From positions 496,001 to 560,000 of the forward strand of contig CM074807.1 in assembly GCA_037447605.1 (NCBI GenBank): a stretch of 64,000 bases of DNA, in the 5' to 3' direction. The first letter of the stretch is position 1, and each line of letters opens with the position of its first letter. The notes beneath the pieces are model-generated. The model had not been told where the DNA came from. It searched no databases and worked only from the letters and a program-made list of their open reading frames with translations. This document shows, piece by piece, positions 12,429 through 35,012 of the stretch. The translations under genes were made by a program, and so were the position numbers. This stretch comes from Zygnema circumcarinatum SAG 698-1b (taxonomy: Eukaryota > Plantae > Zygnematophyceae).

Positions 12429-13462
12429 ATGTTCTGGTTGAGAACTTGGGAGGCTTTCAAAGGAGAATTGAAGCGACCTGTGTCTCTCACACTATGCTTT
12501 GTGGTAGTTGTACTACTCAATATGGTAACCAAGAAATCTTGGAGTGAACCGAACACTAGGAGAGAGCTCAACATGGTGGAGACGGAGCATGGCCTCATTT
12601 GGACTGACAATAAGCACATTCAAGCTTCCAGCAACCTTTATGATGTAAGGCTTCAGAAGAAACTCCCCTCTCTTTCTCTCTTTCTCTCTCGCTCCCCCTT
12701 TTTACTCCTGTCTCTTTCCTCCCTCGTTTTCTCTCCCCCTCCCCTTCATAACAGATAACAACACTGAAATCGGTGACTTCTAAGCTAGGAATATCCTCTC
12801 TCCAATTCGTCGTTGGTCACATGCTGTCACCTTGCTGAATTCTTTTGGACCATCCTTCAAGCCTACCCATAGCTATTCTCCCCTCAAAGAGCTCCTTTAG
12901 TGTTCGCATATGCTTGCAGGCTTGGACGGATATTTATCAGCTTGAGAGCCGAACACCCCCATCTGAAGTCATAGTTGCTACGGAAGGTTGGGATATAGAG
13001 AGCCACTACCCTCCTGCACCACATCTTCAAGACTGCGAACTTCTAACCGAAAGGAGGAAATTAACCGAGTCGAGAGGTCCCAATGGAGAAGCTCCTTCGT
13101 GGTTGGAACCGGAAGCTCCCTCTAATGGTCCTCGACCTCCTTGGGTAAGACCTTCTCCTTCTTCTTCTTCTTTTCCTTCTTCTTCTCCTTCCTCGTCTTC
13201 TTCTTCTCCTTCTTCTTCTTCTTTTCCTTTTCCTTCTTCTTCTTCTTCTTGTTCTTGTTCTTCTTCTTCTTCCCCTTCTTCTTCTTCTTCTTCTTCTTCT
13301 TCTTCTACTTCTACTTCTTCTCCTTCTTCTCCTTCTTCTTCTTCTCCTGCTTCTTCTTCTTCTTCTTCTTCTTCTTCTTCTTCTTCTTCCTCGTCTTCTT
13401 CTTCTCCTTCTTCTCCTTCTTCTTCGTCTCCTTCTTCTCCTTCTTCTTCTTCTCCTTCTTCT

Positions 13463-13509
<47 letters not shown>

Positions 13510-14844
13510 TTCTTCTTCTTCTGCTTCTTCTTCTTCCTCGTCTTCTTCTTCTCCTTCTACTTCTTCTTCCTTGGTACTTGTATCATCATTGAACCGTTGC
13601 CATCATAGTATCCCTGTCATGGTGGTTCATGCAGAAATCTGCTACCAAACTCGTCACAAAACTTGGTGTCAATCTTCTTTCCTATGGAAACTGCCTCCAA
13701 ACTTGTTCCATGCTTAAACTCAGTACCAAACTCCTTTCACACTAAACTTCTAAATTTTCCAAAATTCTCCAAAATTCTTCAATTTTCTTTAAAATGACTC
13801 TCCCCTCTCTTTTCCTTCTACAGATCAAGGGAGCAGATGAGGATAACTTAGCGATGACTCGCTACACTCAGGCCCTGTTATGGAAACATCAACACCCTGC
13901 TAATTGTAGAGATACAAATCTTAAGTTCGCTTTGGTGGATTGGGGCCATCCCCATACCCATGGCCTTGGCTCCGCCATGCATGTCATGTCACAAGCATTC
14001 GCATTTGTGATGGAATCGAACCGAGTGTTAGTTCCCAACTCTAATTTCGCTCGAGCAAAGCACGAATACTGTACAGGTGAGAGTGGTAGCGTAGTGCTTG
14101 TAACTGGTTGTGGGAGTGGCAGAGGGAGAAGGAGAGCGAATCGAGAGTGATGTGAAGGGAGGAGTGAACTGGGGTTAAAACCTCAGTGAGAGAGAGAGGG
14201 AGTGGGAGAGAGAGTGAGAGTGGGAGAGAGAGAGAGTGGGAGAGAGAGGGAGTGGGAGAGAGAGAGAGTGGAAGAGAGAGAGTGGAGAAGAGAGAGAGTG
14301 GGAGAGAGAGAGAGTGGGAGAGAGAGAGAGAGTGGGAGAGAGAGAGAGTGGGAGAGAGAGAGTGAGAGTGGGTGTCGAGTGGGTTCAGGAGAAGTTAGGG
14401 TTTTTCATCCTTTTACCTGTGATCCTTCCTAACCGTGGCTATCTTTCCACTGATCATTGTATTTGTGATCTGTTGGGTTGTGGGGAATAAACAGGCTCAG
14501 ACTATCAGAATTTTGAATGTTATTATTTTCCTATCACAGACCCAGGATGCAAGCAGCATGCTCTCGACCTCTTTGCAGCGCAGTCGGAAGAAGATCAATT
14601 TCTGAACTTCACTCTGAAAGAGAGATTAGCTTCAAGCACGAGAGTTATCACAATTACCAATTTGTGGCTTCCTTGGTACAACTATTGGGTTCCTCCGTAA
14701 GTATTTATACGAGCTTACCTTTATTTGCGGGGAGGGGAGAGGAGTGAGAGAGGTTTAGGGGAGAGATGGTTAGGGAGGCGGAGAGTGCAAGGAGGGAAGA
14801 GCACGAGAGAGAGAGAGAGAACACGAAAGCGAGATCACCAGAGT

Positions 14845-14881
<37 letters not shown>

Positions 14882-16637
14882 AGAAGAAGAAGTGTATAGG
14901 TTGAAACTTTGGCCACAAGCCCAAACAATTTGCTTCCGTGATATAGTATTCAGTGAAATTCATCGGCCCACATTCGTAATTTGTTGTTATTGTGTAAACA
15001 AACCTAAAGTATTCTCGGGTCCTTGTGCTTGCAGAGAGCTGAAGGAGCCATGGTTGAAGGATGAAGTCAGTATGGAAATATTTGGCAAAGTATTGAAGGT
15101 TGCAGATGGGCAGGACCGGGGCAAGTGGGGCCCTCAAAATGTCATCTCCAAAGATTTCCTTAAGGTATGGGTATTGGGTTTTGCAGTTCTGAAAAAGCAC
15201 TGTCAACTTCAGAAAGGCTTATAGTACGCACATGTGCAGACAAATATCACTGAGAATTAGATGTTAAGTTATGTAAGTTCTGCATGGTCCCATTCTTTCC
15301 CTTCTATGGTACAAAAGCACAAATGATAACCTCTATTAGTGGTTTCCACATACCCCCATGAAAACTTTGAAACTCACATTCGAGAGTAGACCAACAAGTG
15401 CAGTGAAGTGAAGTTTTTTTCTTTTCCTTTTTCCATTTTTTTCTTTTTTCTTTCCCTCTTTCCAGGCTGGCTGGTGGCGAGCCCAAGTAGTCCGATACAT
15501 GCTTCGATGGCCCACAAAACGAATGTGCCACGCAATCAATAGACTCCGCCATGAAGTCTACGGATTAGATACAGCTCGAAAGCTTATAGACTCCATAAAA
15601 GACTTAAGATTTGCTGTGAAAGAGTCCCTTTCTAAGGACCCGGATGAAGGGAATCATCTCCGAAACGTTAACCTTACAAGCGGAACTTTAGATGGGAGTC
15701 TATGGGTGGAGGTGGAGCCCTATATTCCTCGGCCCATTTTGAGCTTACATATTCGGCAATCTGACAAAGCGAGTGAGATGCATCTCTTCACTGTGGGGGC
15801 ACATATGTGGCTCGCAGCGCGGCTTCGAAGAAGTGTTCCAAATTTAAGGAATGTTTGGCTCACCACAGAAACAGAGGTATGTCCAGAGTTGGGTTTGATA
15901 ATGTTTTGGAGGGATTTGAGGGTGGTTAGTATGGTAGGTCCTGTAATGGTTCTTCGTGTTTTAGGGTTGGGAACGGAGTATTGTACAGGTCTGTTGAATA
16001 GGTGTGGGCTTCACAATCTTACTTTGAGAGGTCCCTCTCTCTCCCTCTCTCTCCCACTCTGTCCCTCCCTCCCCCACTCCTTTCTCTCCCCCTCTCCCTC
16101 TTTCTCTCCCCCTTCTCTCGCTCTATCTCTCTCTCCTCTCCCCTCTCTCTCAATATCTCTCCCTCCTCGTCCCCCTCCTTCCCCTTGCCTCCTCTCCCCC
16201 TCGTCATCGTCCTTGGCTTCTCCCTCCCTTCCCCCCCCCCCTCCCCTGCCCCTCTCTCTCTCTCTCTCTGGTGTGCGGGAAACCCTCATTGTAAAACCCA
16301 ATTTGGTCTGTCTCTCCTCTCGTTCATGGTCTTCTAACTGGCTTGTGGTTTGTGGTTTGTGGTTTGTGGTTTGCAGGCAGCTATAGAAGAGACTCGCAAG
16401 TACTCGGGTTGGACCTTTCTTCACAGCCACAACGAGGGGAAGGGAAGGTTCGCGGAGCAGCAGCAGGACATGGACTCTGTGGTGAAGAATGTGTTCGCCA
16501 ATTGGATGGTGGCGGCCGAGTGCGACCGCTTTATTGGAGCCCTTGCCTCCAACTTCTACAGAGTCATCAACGAGCTTCGGCTCACTAATGGGAGGCACAA
16601 GGCAGGAGTGTTGGGAGTTAACTTTGACGAGTGTTAA
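12429..16637 (+). CDS. Alpha-1,6-fucosyltransferase-like Golgi type II membrane protein (GT23/FUT8-like fold, plant At5g28910-type family), copy 1
   Basis: Exons ~12429-12644 (TM PVSLTLCFVVVVLL), 12920-13144 (PPAPHLQDC), 13824-14076 (QHPANC...HGLGS), ~14496-14696, ~15033-15164, ~15467-15875 (WWRAQ..RYMLRW; PRPILSLHIRQSDKASEM; VWLTTE), ~16378-16637 (AECDRFIGALASNF). Contains fucosyltransferase motifs I-III. Confidence 0.85.
13150..13570. repeat. (TCT)n trinucleotide microsatellite in intron 2 of fucosyltransferase-like copy 1
   Basis: Long imperfect ttc/tct run. Confidence 0.95.
14185..14370. repeat. (GAGAGTGG)n-type GA-rich repeat in intron 3 of copy 1
   Basis: Repeated gagagagtgg units. 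Confidence 0.9.
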
Positions 16638-17239
16638 GCTCGTAGATGAAAGTGAGTTTGTGGTATGTCGTAGAATATACTCTCTCGCTAACTCTCTCTC
16701 TCTTTGCCTGTTGTATATAAGGAGCTCAACAGCTCTATGCAATGAGGAAGTTGCAAGTGGTTGCCTTCTTGTGCGTTTCGTTGGAAATAAAAAGGGCCTC
16801 TGCATGCATACATTCGTGCATGTCAAAAAAACCTAATAATCGATCACCTAAACTATGCCTACTACCTCCATAGCACGCTCGCTAAAGGCCAAACATCGTA
16901 AGGGTTCTATGTGAAAACCAAACATCAGCTTCTAAAGATTCCCTGCTAGCTTTTTTTAAATCGCTGAGGGCCCTTCTCCATTGCGGGAAGGGCCCTGAGT
17001 TTGGTAAACCATTTCAACTGATGCCCTAAAACCTAACTATGGGTGATTCGTCCATTATGGGAATCGGCAACCTACTGTCTCCATCGGTTAAAGCGAGGGG
17101 ATTCAGCTATCAGAAACAAACACGCTATGCCAGTGAAGGTTCCGTGAGACTGAACCTTGCAAAATGGAGAAGGCCCGTCAAATATGCGGGTTCTCCCTAA
17201 AACCTCTACAAAACCTGAAAGTCCTAAAAAAAAAAACTC

Positions 17240-23296
<6,057 letters not shown>

Positions 23297-24627
23297 TCAG
23301 AGCTCTGAACCCAAAAGGGAAATGGTTCTTTTCCACTCTTTATTTGCCCTTCTCTCTCACACTCTCTCACATCCTCACTCCCAATCTTGCACCTCCCTCG
23401 TTGCAGTCCCTCTCTCCCCTCTCCACTCACTCATTCCCGCATACATGCACAGGGGAACATACTACAATTCAGAGACCAATGTAGCGTTACATGATCCATA
23501 GCTCAACACGGAAAGGTCTCAGTTCTCAGAGCCAGCATAAACTCAGAGATAGACGATGATGATGCAGCAATGTTCTTGTCTGCTGCTCTCACTCCTCCAT
23601 TTGCTACACCTCTCCCTCCCTCTCTTCCTCTTTCGTCCCCATACCCAACCTCTTCCTCTCCTCCCTCCATTTCCTTCAAATCCTTCTATCTCCTCTCTCC
23701 TCCTCACTCTCTCTCCGTCTCCTTCCAATCCACGCGTCCTCTGCCTTCCTCCCCCCCTCCCCGCCCTCCTCCCAGCGGGCAGCCCCACCTTCAGAAGAAC
23801 GACTCGCTTGACGAGTGCTTGCTTGCGCTCTTCTTTCTCCTTCCTGCTCGGCCTGCACTCCCTCCCCCTCTCCCTCCCTCAGAGCTGCAGCCCTGCACTT
23901 CCTCTGTCACCACTCTGCACTTCACATCTGGCTGTCCTTGACCCCATGATGTCCCCTCACATGATGCCCATACCCATGCCATGTCATGTCATGCCATGCC
24001 CATGCCATGCCCCATCGCATGGGAGGTGCGTGCCGGTACGGACGACGTAAGCAAAACGTCAGAAACGTTTGTAATTTCGTAAATTTTGGAGATTTCTTTT
24101 TGCACACCTTTTTGGTCAGTATACACATCTTTTAAAAAAAAAAATATTCAATACCATGAGGACCCTCAAGCAAAATCTGACCGGCGAGAAAAGGTGTGTA
24201 TCTATCCCAAAAAGGTGTGTAAATAAATCGTGAGTAAATTTTCTCCTTTTTTTTATTTTTTTTTACCGTACTGTACATGAAAACAGGCCCTTTATGTAGT
24301 TTGTATGGACCGCGCAAAGCTGGTTTGCACCTTTGAGGGAAGTTTCAAACTTAGCCAGTTTGAAACTTTCAAAAAGAGAGCTGCAGCTCCTGGAAGCTCC
24401 AGCCATGGCTGCCGGTCTCCCTCACACGCGCTAATCTCTCTCGCTCCTCTCGCCTTTTCTTGAAGCTTCTCTGTATATCCTCCTCCTTCCTCCCTTTTTC
24501 TCTTCCTCCTCTTTCACTCGACCGGCCTACCCTCCTCTGTGTTCCACCTCTCGCCCACGCCTTCCCTCCACCTCCTCTCGCCTTCCCTACACTCTCTCTC
24601 CCTCTCTCTCTTTCCCCCGTTCTCTCC

Positions 24628-27600
24628 ATGACACGCATCGTTATCCAGCGAAGCTCTGGCCATGGCGGATCTTCCTCGCGACAGCAAATCAGCCATGGCT
24701 CTCAAGGGCAGCAGCAGGGCCAGGGCCATGTTCCTCAGCATCCCAAACCCTTCGAGCAGGAGACCTCATCCGCTGAAACCCTAAAACCTACTGAAGATTC
24801 TTCCAATGTGTTTTCTGCCTCTTCCGATGACCTGCCCCCTTCTGAATCCTTCCCAGCCTCCGAGGCGTTCCCGAATCAGGATGCTTCATCATCATCATCA
24901 TCTGCAAACAGCCCCTCCAGAAGGAAAGTTTCTCCGGAACTTCAAAATGCTTCGCTTGTTGGACCATCCCCTGCAGAGGAATCTCATTTCCAGGACATCA
25001 GAAGCGACGCCTCCAGGTCAACTGAAGATGTTCAGGCGGCACACCATGATCAGGATGCAGGAGACTCCCCCGCCTCCTTTGTTTTAGGTCATGCAGAATT
25101 TAGGAGAGACGAGACCGCTTGTCTGCCTCTGCCCAGTGTGTCTGCTGAGCCTTCACTTTCCCTCGATAAGCTGAAGCTAACAGTGGAGTCTGGAGGAGAA
25201 GGGTCCTCTAGTAAGAAAGAATTGCAGAAGGATGCGCTCGGCGTCCCTACGGAGCTGAATTCAAGAGAGAGCTCTATACTCGGTCACAGCTCTGAGGGAA
25301 GGGAGGGCTTGACTTCCGCCATTGACGAGGTGCCCCTGTCTTTGTCAAAGACGAGAGCAGGGACATCGTCTCTTGCTGGAACATCGAGCAGCTCTTCTTC
25401 CGCTCCGCTTCGGCCGATTAAGAATCTAAAGAAGAGTGTGTTTGCTGCTTCTCAAAAGACGACTTCTCCGCCAGATTCTATGTCTCCCTCTCCGCGAGCT
25501 CGAGGGGAGAGTGATGGCTACAACAGCGCGGACGAGCACGGGGGATATCGGGACAGTCCCTGTTACGATGTAAGCTCTGGAGGATATTTGCATCTCTTGC
25601 TATTCTCTCGCTCTTTCTCTCTCTGTCCCTCTCTCTCTCCCTCTCTCCCTCTCTCTCTCTGTCTCTCTCTCTGTCTCTCTCTCTGTCTCTCTCTCTCTGC
25701 CTCGCTCTCTCCCACACACACAGGCACTCTCAGAATGACTAGAGCTTGTAGAGATCTGAACAGGTTACCAGAATTTGGGGGCATGAGGGCAATTAGATGA
25801 AGATGTGACTGCAGCTGTTGCTTTGTCACAGCAGGCCAAGTGTCAGCCTGAAGGAAGATGAAGGGGAAAAGGAGAGAGAGAAGTGGGAGGAGGGCGAGAG
25901 AGAAAGTAGCTTATAGAGTACAAGTAGAGAAGGAGAGATGAGGAGAGAGAGTATTGATACGTTGCACTTGATGCATGGGGTCAGGAAGAGCGGGAGCGCT
26001 CCTTTGAGGCTGAAATTTTTCGGACAAGGAATTTGCGGGTTTATCGAATGATAGCTGATGGGAACTGCCTCTTTCGAGCGGTGGCTTATCAAGTCTATGG
26101 CGACTCTGAAATGTGCTTCGATACGCGTCATATGTGTGTGGATTACATGGTGCAGACCGACTTCAACTTCAATTTTCTGAGTTTTTTATTAGCACTTATG
26201 GTAGTAACGCTCTTCGTGTCTTGCCGATTCAGATTCATCCCTCTTTTTGGGATCATGACGCCTAACGTGAACATTATTTGTTTGCTTAAGTCTTTTGGCG
26301 GTGGTTTCTTGATATTGTGTGAGGACAGGAGAAGGAAAGAGATCATTTTTCCCAATTTGTTACTGAGAACTTCACGGGTTATTGCAAGCGGAAGAGGCGA
26401 GACAAGGTTGAAACTTCATCCTTTTGCTGCATGTGGGAGGCAGACTAGTGCTTTGTTATGAGCTGCATAACAGTCTGAACTGCACCGCTTTCTAAACTTT
26501 TCTGGTGCTCGTAAGCATGGTGTTAAAGGAGAATTGGATGAACGTGTTATTTTACAGAGCGAGGTTAGGAAGTGACTCAATAAGCCATTCTTGATCGTAC
26601 ATGTCGTGAAAGTTTGATTAAGTTTGAGCTACAGTCTGGGTGCAGATTTACGGCAACAACTTGGAGATTCAAGCAATGGCGGAAATGTACAATCGCCCTA
26701 TCCACATCTTCTCTTACAGCTCAGGTAGTGAGGATTGATTCCTACTTACTGCTGTTATCATCATAGTCATATCAGCATCATCCTCATCTTCTCCTCCCTG
26801 TCAGGACGGGCTCCCCCTCTCTCGAAAACCCTAAAAACCCTAAAATCACTGTTGCATCATCATCAAGCATTAACAAATGAACATCAATCATCAACACGAA
26901 CATCGACATCAACTACATCATCCGATCCCTGTCAACTTCAGCAATGGTCTTTCATCAGCATTATAGCAATAGTCTTCCAAATACCTCCCCACTCTTCTTT
27001 CATGTCCAGCGTGGCCCAGAAGCTTGCCTGAATCCACATCCGAGTCAATCTGCTGAGTGGTTTTTCCTTTTGCTTCAGAGCCCATCAACACATTCCAAGG
27101 CAGTTACCAAACCGACCTTCCTCCAATCCTCCTCAGCTACCATCGAGGCAATCACTACAACTCTCTGGTGGACCCATTGCAGCCCGTTGTGGGAGCGGGA
27201 CTCGGCTTTGGAAGCTTGCGAGGGGTGAGATTTCATAGGAAAGCTTGTTATCAAGATTATCAAACGTCCTGATGATTGCTTTACATCTCCAGAATTTGCA
27301 GCACGTCTCGTTAGCATACGTGCACTTGTTTTTGCTCTCGTTCTCAAATTGAGAGGGAGCAAACAAGAGTGCAAATCAGGCAGTGGGATGACGCCACTCA
27401 CTTTTTAAGGAACTTTCATTCAGTCCTTCGGGAATTATTCACTTTTCTTGTTAAAGAGGCTTCCATGATCTTTGCCTCGCAGAAAATTGGCAATGGAGAG
27501 ATGGTAAAAGCAGCAATCAAAGCCCAACAGGACCAACAGATTGAGAAGGTGCAGTTCTCTGCACCCTCCATACAAACCTACAATTCTATCAGACGATCAA

Positions 27601-28707
27601 AACCATTTCTGATTCCACTATTCATCATACATCATTTTGGGCAACTTTCTTGAACCTTTCCACCCATCAAAAGTTCAAGCCTGCATTGGTGGATAAGTGG
27701 GAGACCCCTTTCGCTTTTTTTTTTTTTTTTTTTTTCCAAAATTTCCAATCTGAAACAAGATGGCGGTAGCCGCAGGCACTCATGGCAGAGGGACAGTTCT
27801 ACTCTGACTTGGAGCTGACGGAACGGCAGCTCGCTCAGTCGGCCATGGAAACATCCTTTCGGGAGTTTATTCGGCAAAACCAAACGGGCCCATTCGTGGA
27901 GAAGTTGGAAGAAACGTCATCGTCTGCCAGCGCTCATCCTTCATCCTCTCGCGCAGGTTTTTCACCAAAAACCTCTCTGAGTTTCTCACAGACAAACAGC
28001 TCTTGCTGAATGTTTCAATAGTCACTGTTTGGCATGGAGGAGAGAGAGAGTATATGGACGTCATTTTAGGGTTTCTATGCAAAATTGAAACAGATTCAAC
28101 TTTCAACAAGCATTTCATAGACTTGAGACTCTTCACCGCTTGCCGACTGTCTACATAGACAGACTCAAATGGGCTGCACATGCAAGCCCCCGTGTAGAAC
28201 GCCTTAGTCTCTCCTTTTGAAAAGGCTTTCCCTGAAAATCAATCAAAAAGGAATTCGGAAGGAAAACAAAATGATTCACTGGACGGGTGATTTGATGCAG
28301 CTTCGAGATCGAGCATCCTTCGAAGCCCAAGTGATGCTTTGGAGGGGCCATTTGGAAGCTCTCAAGGAGGAGGAGGTCAGGGAGGGGTAGGAGGAGGGGT
28401 AGGCGGAGGGGTAGGAGGGGTAGGAGGGGGAGGAGGGGGAGGAGGAGGAGGAGGAGGAGCAGGAGGAGGAGGAGGAGGTGTGGGCAGGTCATTTGCAGCT
28501 TCAGGGGGCGTGGAAGGTGTGCTGACCTCCAACACCCGCGCGCTGATGTCGATGGGATTCGGGTACTTGCGGGTGATGGAGGCTCAGAGCATCTTTGGGG
28601 ACGACTTGGACAACATGCTCTGCTACCTCATAGAGATGGACTCCAATGACAGGCAGCAGCGGCATGAGAAGGAGGCGATGCTCAAGGGGAAGGAGCGCTT
28701 GAAGTAG
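24628..28707 (+). CDS. OTLD1: OTU-domain deubiquitinase, OTLD1/OTU6 (OTUD5-like), with C-terminal UBA-like region
   Basis: Starts MTRIVIQRSS; SDGYNSADEH; catalytic DGNCLFRAVAYQVYGD; ERDHFSQFVTE; YGNNLEIQAMAEMYNRPI; LSYHRGNHYNS; ends LMSMGFGYLRVMEAQSIFGDD...stop 28707. About 8 GT-AG exons. Confidence 0.93.
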
Positions 28708-29469
28708 GGGCTCATGTGTGTTGTGGGGGTGGGNNNNNNNNNNGGAGGCAGATGGCTGGGATGCCTTTGTGCATTTGTAACTTTTTGAATTAGGGGGGGG
28801 GGTGTGTTCTGCATTTGCTGGTGGATTCAGGGAAGGGTTGATAGGTTCCTTGTACTTGAACGAATTCGGGGGAGGTTTGGCTGTCATAGAGTGTCTTTCT
28901 CTTGAAGACGCTATGGCTATGCTTGAAAAGTAATTTTCCTCGGGGCACATATGGCTTGCTTGGATAGCTGGTGAGCCAAGAATGAACAGTGATTTGACAT
29001 TGATATGATAATGGCGACCCTTCAAATGTACAATGGACCAAGACAGCAATAAGTAGAACTAATGCGAACCAGTCTCCAATGACCTATAAACGAATGAAAG
29101 CGTATGAGTGAAACGCTGCTTCCTTCTCGGTCTAACGATATGCGAAACAAGCGATGTGGGGCACATGGCTGGTGAACCGATTTTGATGTGAGGAGCCCTT
29201 TAGCTGGAATGATGGATGGATGGATGGATGGGTCATGGTATGGAAGCTTTGGTGCATGCTTGCATGCGGTGAGCCATGTGTCATGTATGTTGTGCCATAA
29301 GCATGCTGTTGACCCCATGCCATGCATGTCAATGTCCTCTCCATGCACCACGACCATGCCGTGTACATGCCACGCCATGTCCATACATAACATGCCACAA
29401 TCGCAGGCAACCGTGGGCCGCTTTATGCGCGCAATTCAGGTCCACCGCTCCGTCAAACTGCGCAGATAG

Positions 29470-30914
<1,445 letters not shown>

Positions 30915-32428
30915 ACTGTTGGCTAATTCGGATTTGATTTTTTTTCAGCATAAGTCATTTTGTGGATATGTAATTCGCAGCTAATTCAGTTTTTTTAACA
31001 GGAGGGAGAGAGGGGGCAGAGGGAAGCAGAGAATGGGAGAGGCAGACAGAGGAAGGGAGAGGGAGAGGCCCCTGGATTGATTCATTTAGGATGCAAGTGC
31101 CTTGCACTGGACGAATTGAAGATGCTCCCAATGGTGAGTAAAGAGTGAAGGTATCAGCCTCTATTAGGGTTTGTATACTCTTACATGGTCTGTACAACTA
31201 CTATTCTCTCGCTCATTCACTCAATGGCCTGCTGCATGTGATGTGAGATGTCTTGATTTTAGATCAGAAATGACGACATCATCTCTTAGTAGGGGGTGTC
31301 AGACTTAAAAAATTTCAGTACGCGTGTTCGTAAGTTTAACATCAGAACGAGTACTCCAGTATAATCGCGATCCTCCTGCGGCGGAGTACTTTCGTAACCT
31401 TTTTTTTCGTAACGCGTGTATTCTATTCACGTCATTGCTTTTTAAAATGATGTCGTAAAGCTCTACATAAGGCTGTGTCCTATAAAACCTCCTGCCAATT
31501 GGCTTGATATGGGGGTTCAGAAAGCCAAATTCACAAACCCGGTCTTGACGGGTCCAGAGCAGTCGGCAGCAACGATTTGTTTACTTCTTTTTACATTCCC
31601 AAACAGGCTTTTATAGTTTTGTCTTCTAAAATAGAGACATACAAAGCAAACATTCAGTTATTTACAATGTTATTTACAAAAGGGAGACTCCAAAAGCATA
31701 CAGAACTGCAGTCTTCCAGACGAAAGAACTGGTACCCTAGGGAATTGGTCTACTCGTTTAACTCAAGAAACTGAGCCTGCTAACGACGTTCGATGTACAG
31801 TCTGTAGAGCCAAACCGCTTCTATCATCGGTACATTGTGTCTGTCTCACTGTTGCAAAAGTCTCTTCCCAGACTTCGAGATTTCTTTCCCAACGTAAGGA
31901 GATAAATTATTAAAATACTGGCCCCTCCTCCCCAACACCCCCTCCGCAGCGCCTTCCCACTCTCAAACTCTGCAGGAAGGAAAAAATACAAACGAGAAGA
32001 CAACAGCTTTTTTAGAATACAGAAACATCGCTTGAAGGAATCCTTCAAAATTTGATACCTCCTCTAATGGATGGGAAAAGGAGGAGAGAAAAAAGGATTA
32101 AAGATCACAACCGCCACACCTTGTATGAAGCAAAACTAAAATACGAGGAGAGGGGGGGGAAATTAAACCAGCAATAGAAACCACCCGAGGCAGCAAACCA
32201 GGTTGTTTGCAACAAACCCAGTTTTAAGAAACCCCCCCGCAAGCCCCAATCTCTAAGAGACCTCACCTTCCAAACCCCCATTTTAGCAACACCCCACATC
32301 GCAGATCGCACCAAAGCAAAAAACCCAACATGAAAGAAACAAGGAAACCAACCACCAAGATAAGCAGAATGAGAAAAAAGCCCAAAAAGAAGAGCAGGAA
32401 AGAGTCAAGAAAAGTAAAGCAAATTGCT

Positions 32429-33176
32429 TTAGCTCATACTTCCCTTCGATTTCTGGAAATAAAAGAAAAAAAGAAAGGGGCGGAAAGACCAATTGACGAA
32501 GAAAGAAAACAGCAGAGGGCTCACCTCAACTGGGTTGCCTGCATGGAACGGCTGCTCCGTTGGGCTCCAACAGCGGTGGAGCGGAGGGTTCAAATGCAAG
32601 AAGCTCCGCCAACACAGAGAGGGCCGGGCCCGAGTCTGCCGCCCCCAGACACACCCCCCCTCAGCCAGGAGAAAATAGCGGAGGGTTTCTGATGGAAGCA
32701 CCTGAAGGCTCCCAGTCATCTCCCTCTGTTCTCTCTCTCCTCTCACTCTCTGACTACTTCCCTTGCTCTCCTCCCTCCCTCCCTCCCTCACTCTTCCCTT
32801 GCTTTTTCCCTCTCCTCTACTCCGGTTCCCACTCTCCCTCCCCTCTGTTTTAGAAAATAAAACAAATGAATAGACATATAAATTTTCATTTTTTCCCCTC
32901 ACCCAAAATAAAGTTCGACTCCTCATCCACCTCCCACTTCCCCTCCCTCTCTCCCTCCCGCGCTCCCTCCTTCCGCCCTCCCTCTCCCTCCCTCCCGAGC
33001 AGAGGCTCCGCCACCGCCTCTCCCGCCAGGGAAGCTCCAAGCCACGCCGCCAGCAGCGTCTCCAGCGCCCAGCTCTCCTCCACCCGCCACGTGGCTCCTT
33101 TCAGGGCCGCCACGTGGCAGTCATGCGTCAGGGAGAACGCCATGACCTGACATGTCTGCTCCCGCAACGTCGCCAT
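32429..33176 (-). CDS. Unidentified protein (MATLREQTCQVMAFSLTHDCHVAAL...), copy 1
   Basis: ATG at 33176 after a CT-rich leader. First 61 codons align without indels to copy 2, with 8 synonymous and 6 non-synonymous codon differences. Putative donor ttttgg|gtgag is shared by both copies and joins in frame to the ...VLPSETLRYFLLAEGG... exon. 3' end uncertain. Confidence 0.6.
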
Positions 33177-33641
33177 TGAGAGAGAGAGAGAGGGAGAGAG
33201 AGAGAGAGAGAGAGAGAGAAAGAAAGAAAGGAAAGAGGGAGAGAGAGACACGTGCGGACTGCTCGGAGCGAGGCTTTCTCACTTTGCCGGCGAGCGGGAG
33301 GCCCACTCTCTAATGCTCACTCTCGAAGCCCCATTTGTACCCCCAACTCCATTCGGCCCGGTTTGCAACTTGCGTGACGTGACAGGGCGCAGTTTGCGGC
33401 CCATTATTGCCCTCGTCCCGAAATGAAAACTATTGGAGGGATGTGAGTGAATCCCTTCTTTGGAGATACAGACACGTGGAAGCAGGCGGTGGGCGCACAC
33501 CCCACTTGTAGAGGATTGGAGACGGCAAGAGGTGATGGTTTGGTTTGGTTTGGAAGCGAGGATATATTATACATATATATATATATATATATTTTTTTTT
33601 CTGGCGATGATTTAAAAGTAAAGGAGAAAAGAAGATCATAA

Positions 33642-35012
<1,371 letters not shown>

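Noticed and set aside
31310-31430. AGTACTCC...GGAGTACT inverted repeat followed by a T8 run (MITE or Pol III RNA candidate)
   Set aside because: Only an 8-bp stem, no TSD, and no match to snRNA, tRNA or 7SL features that I can recognise
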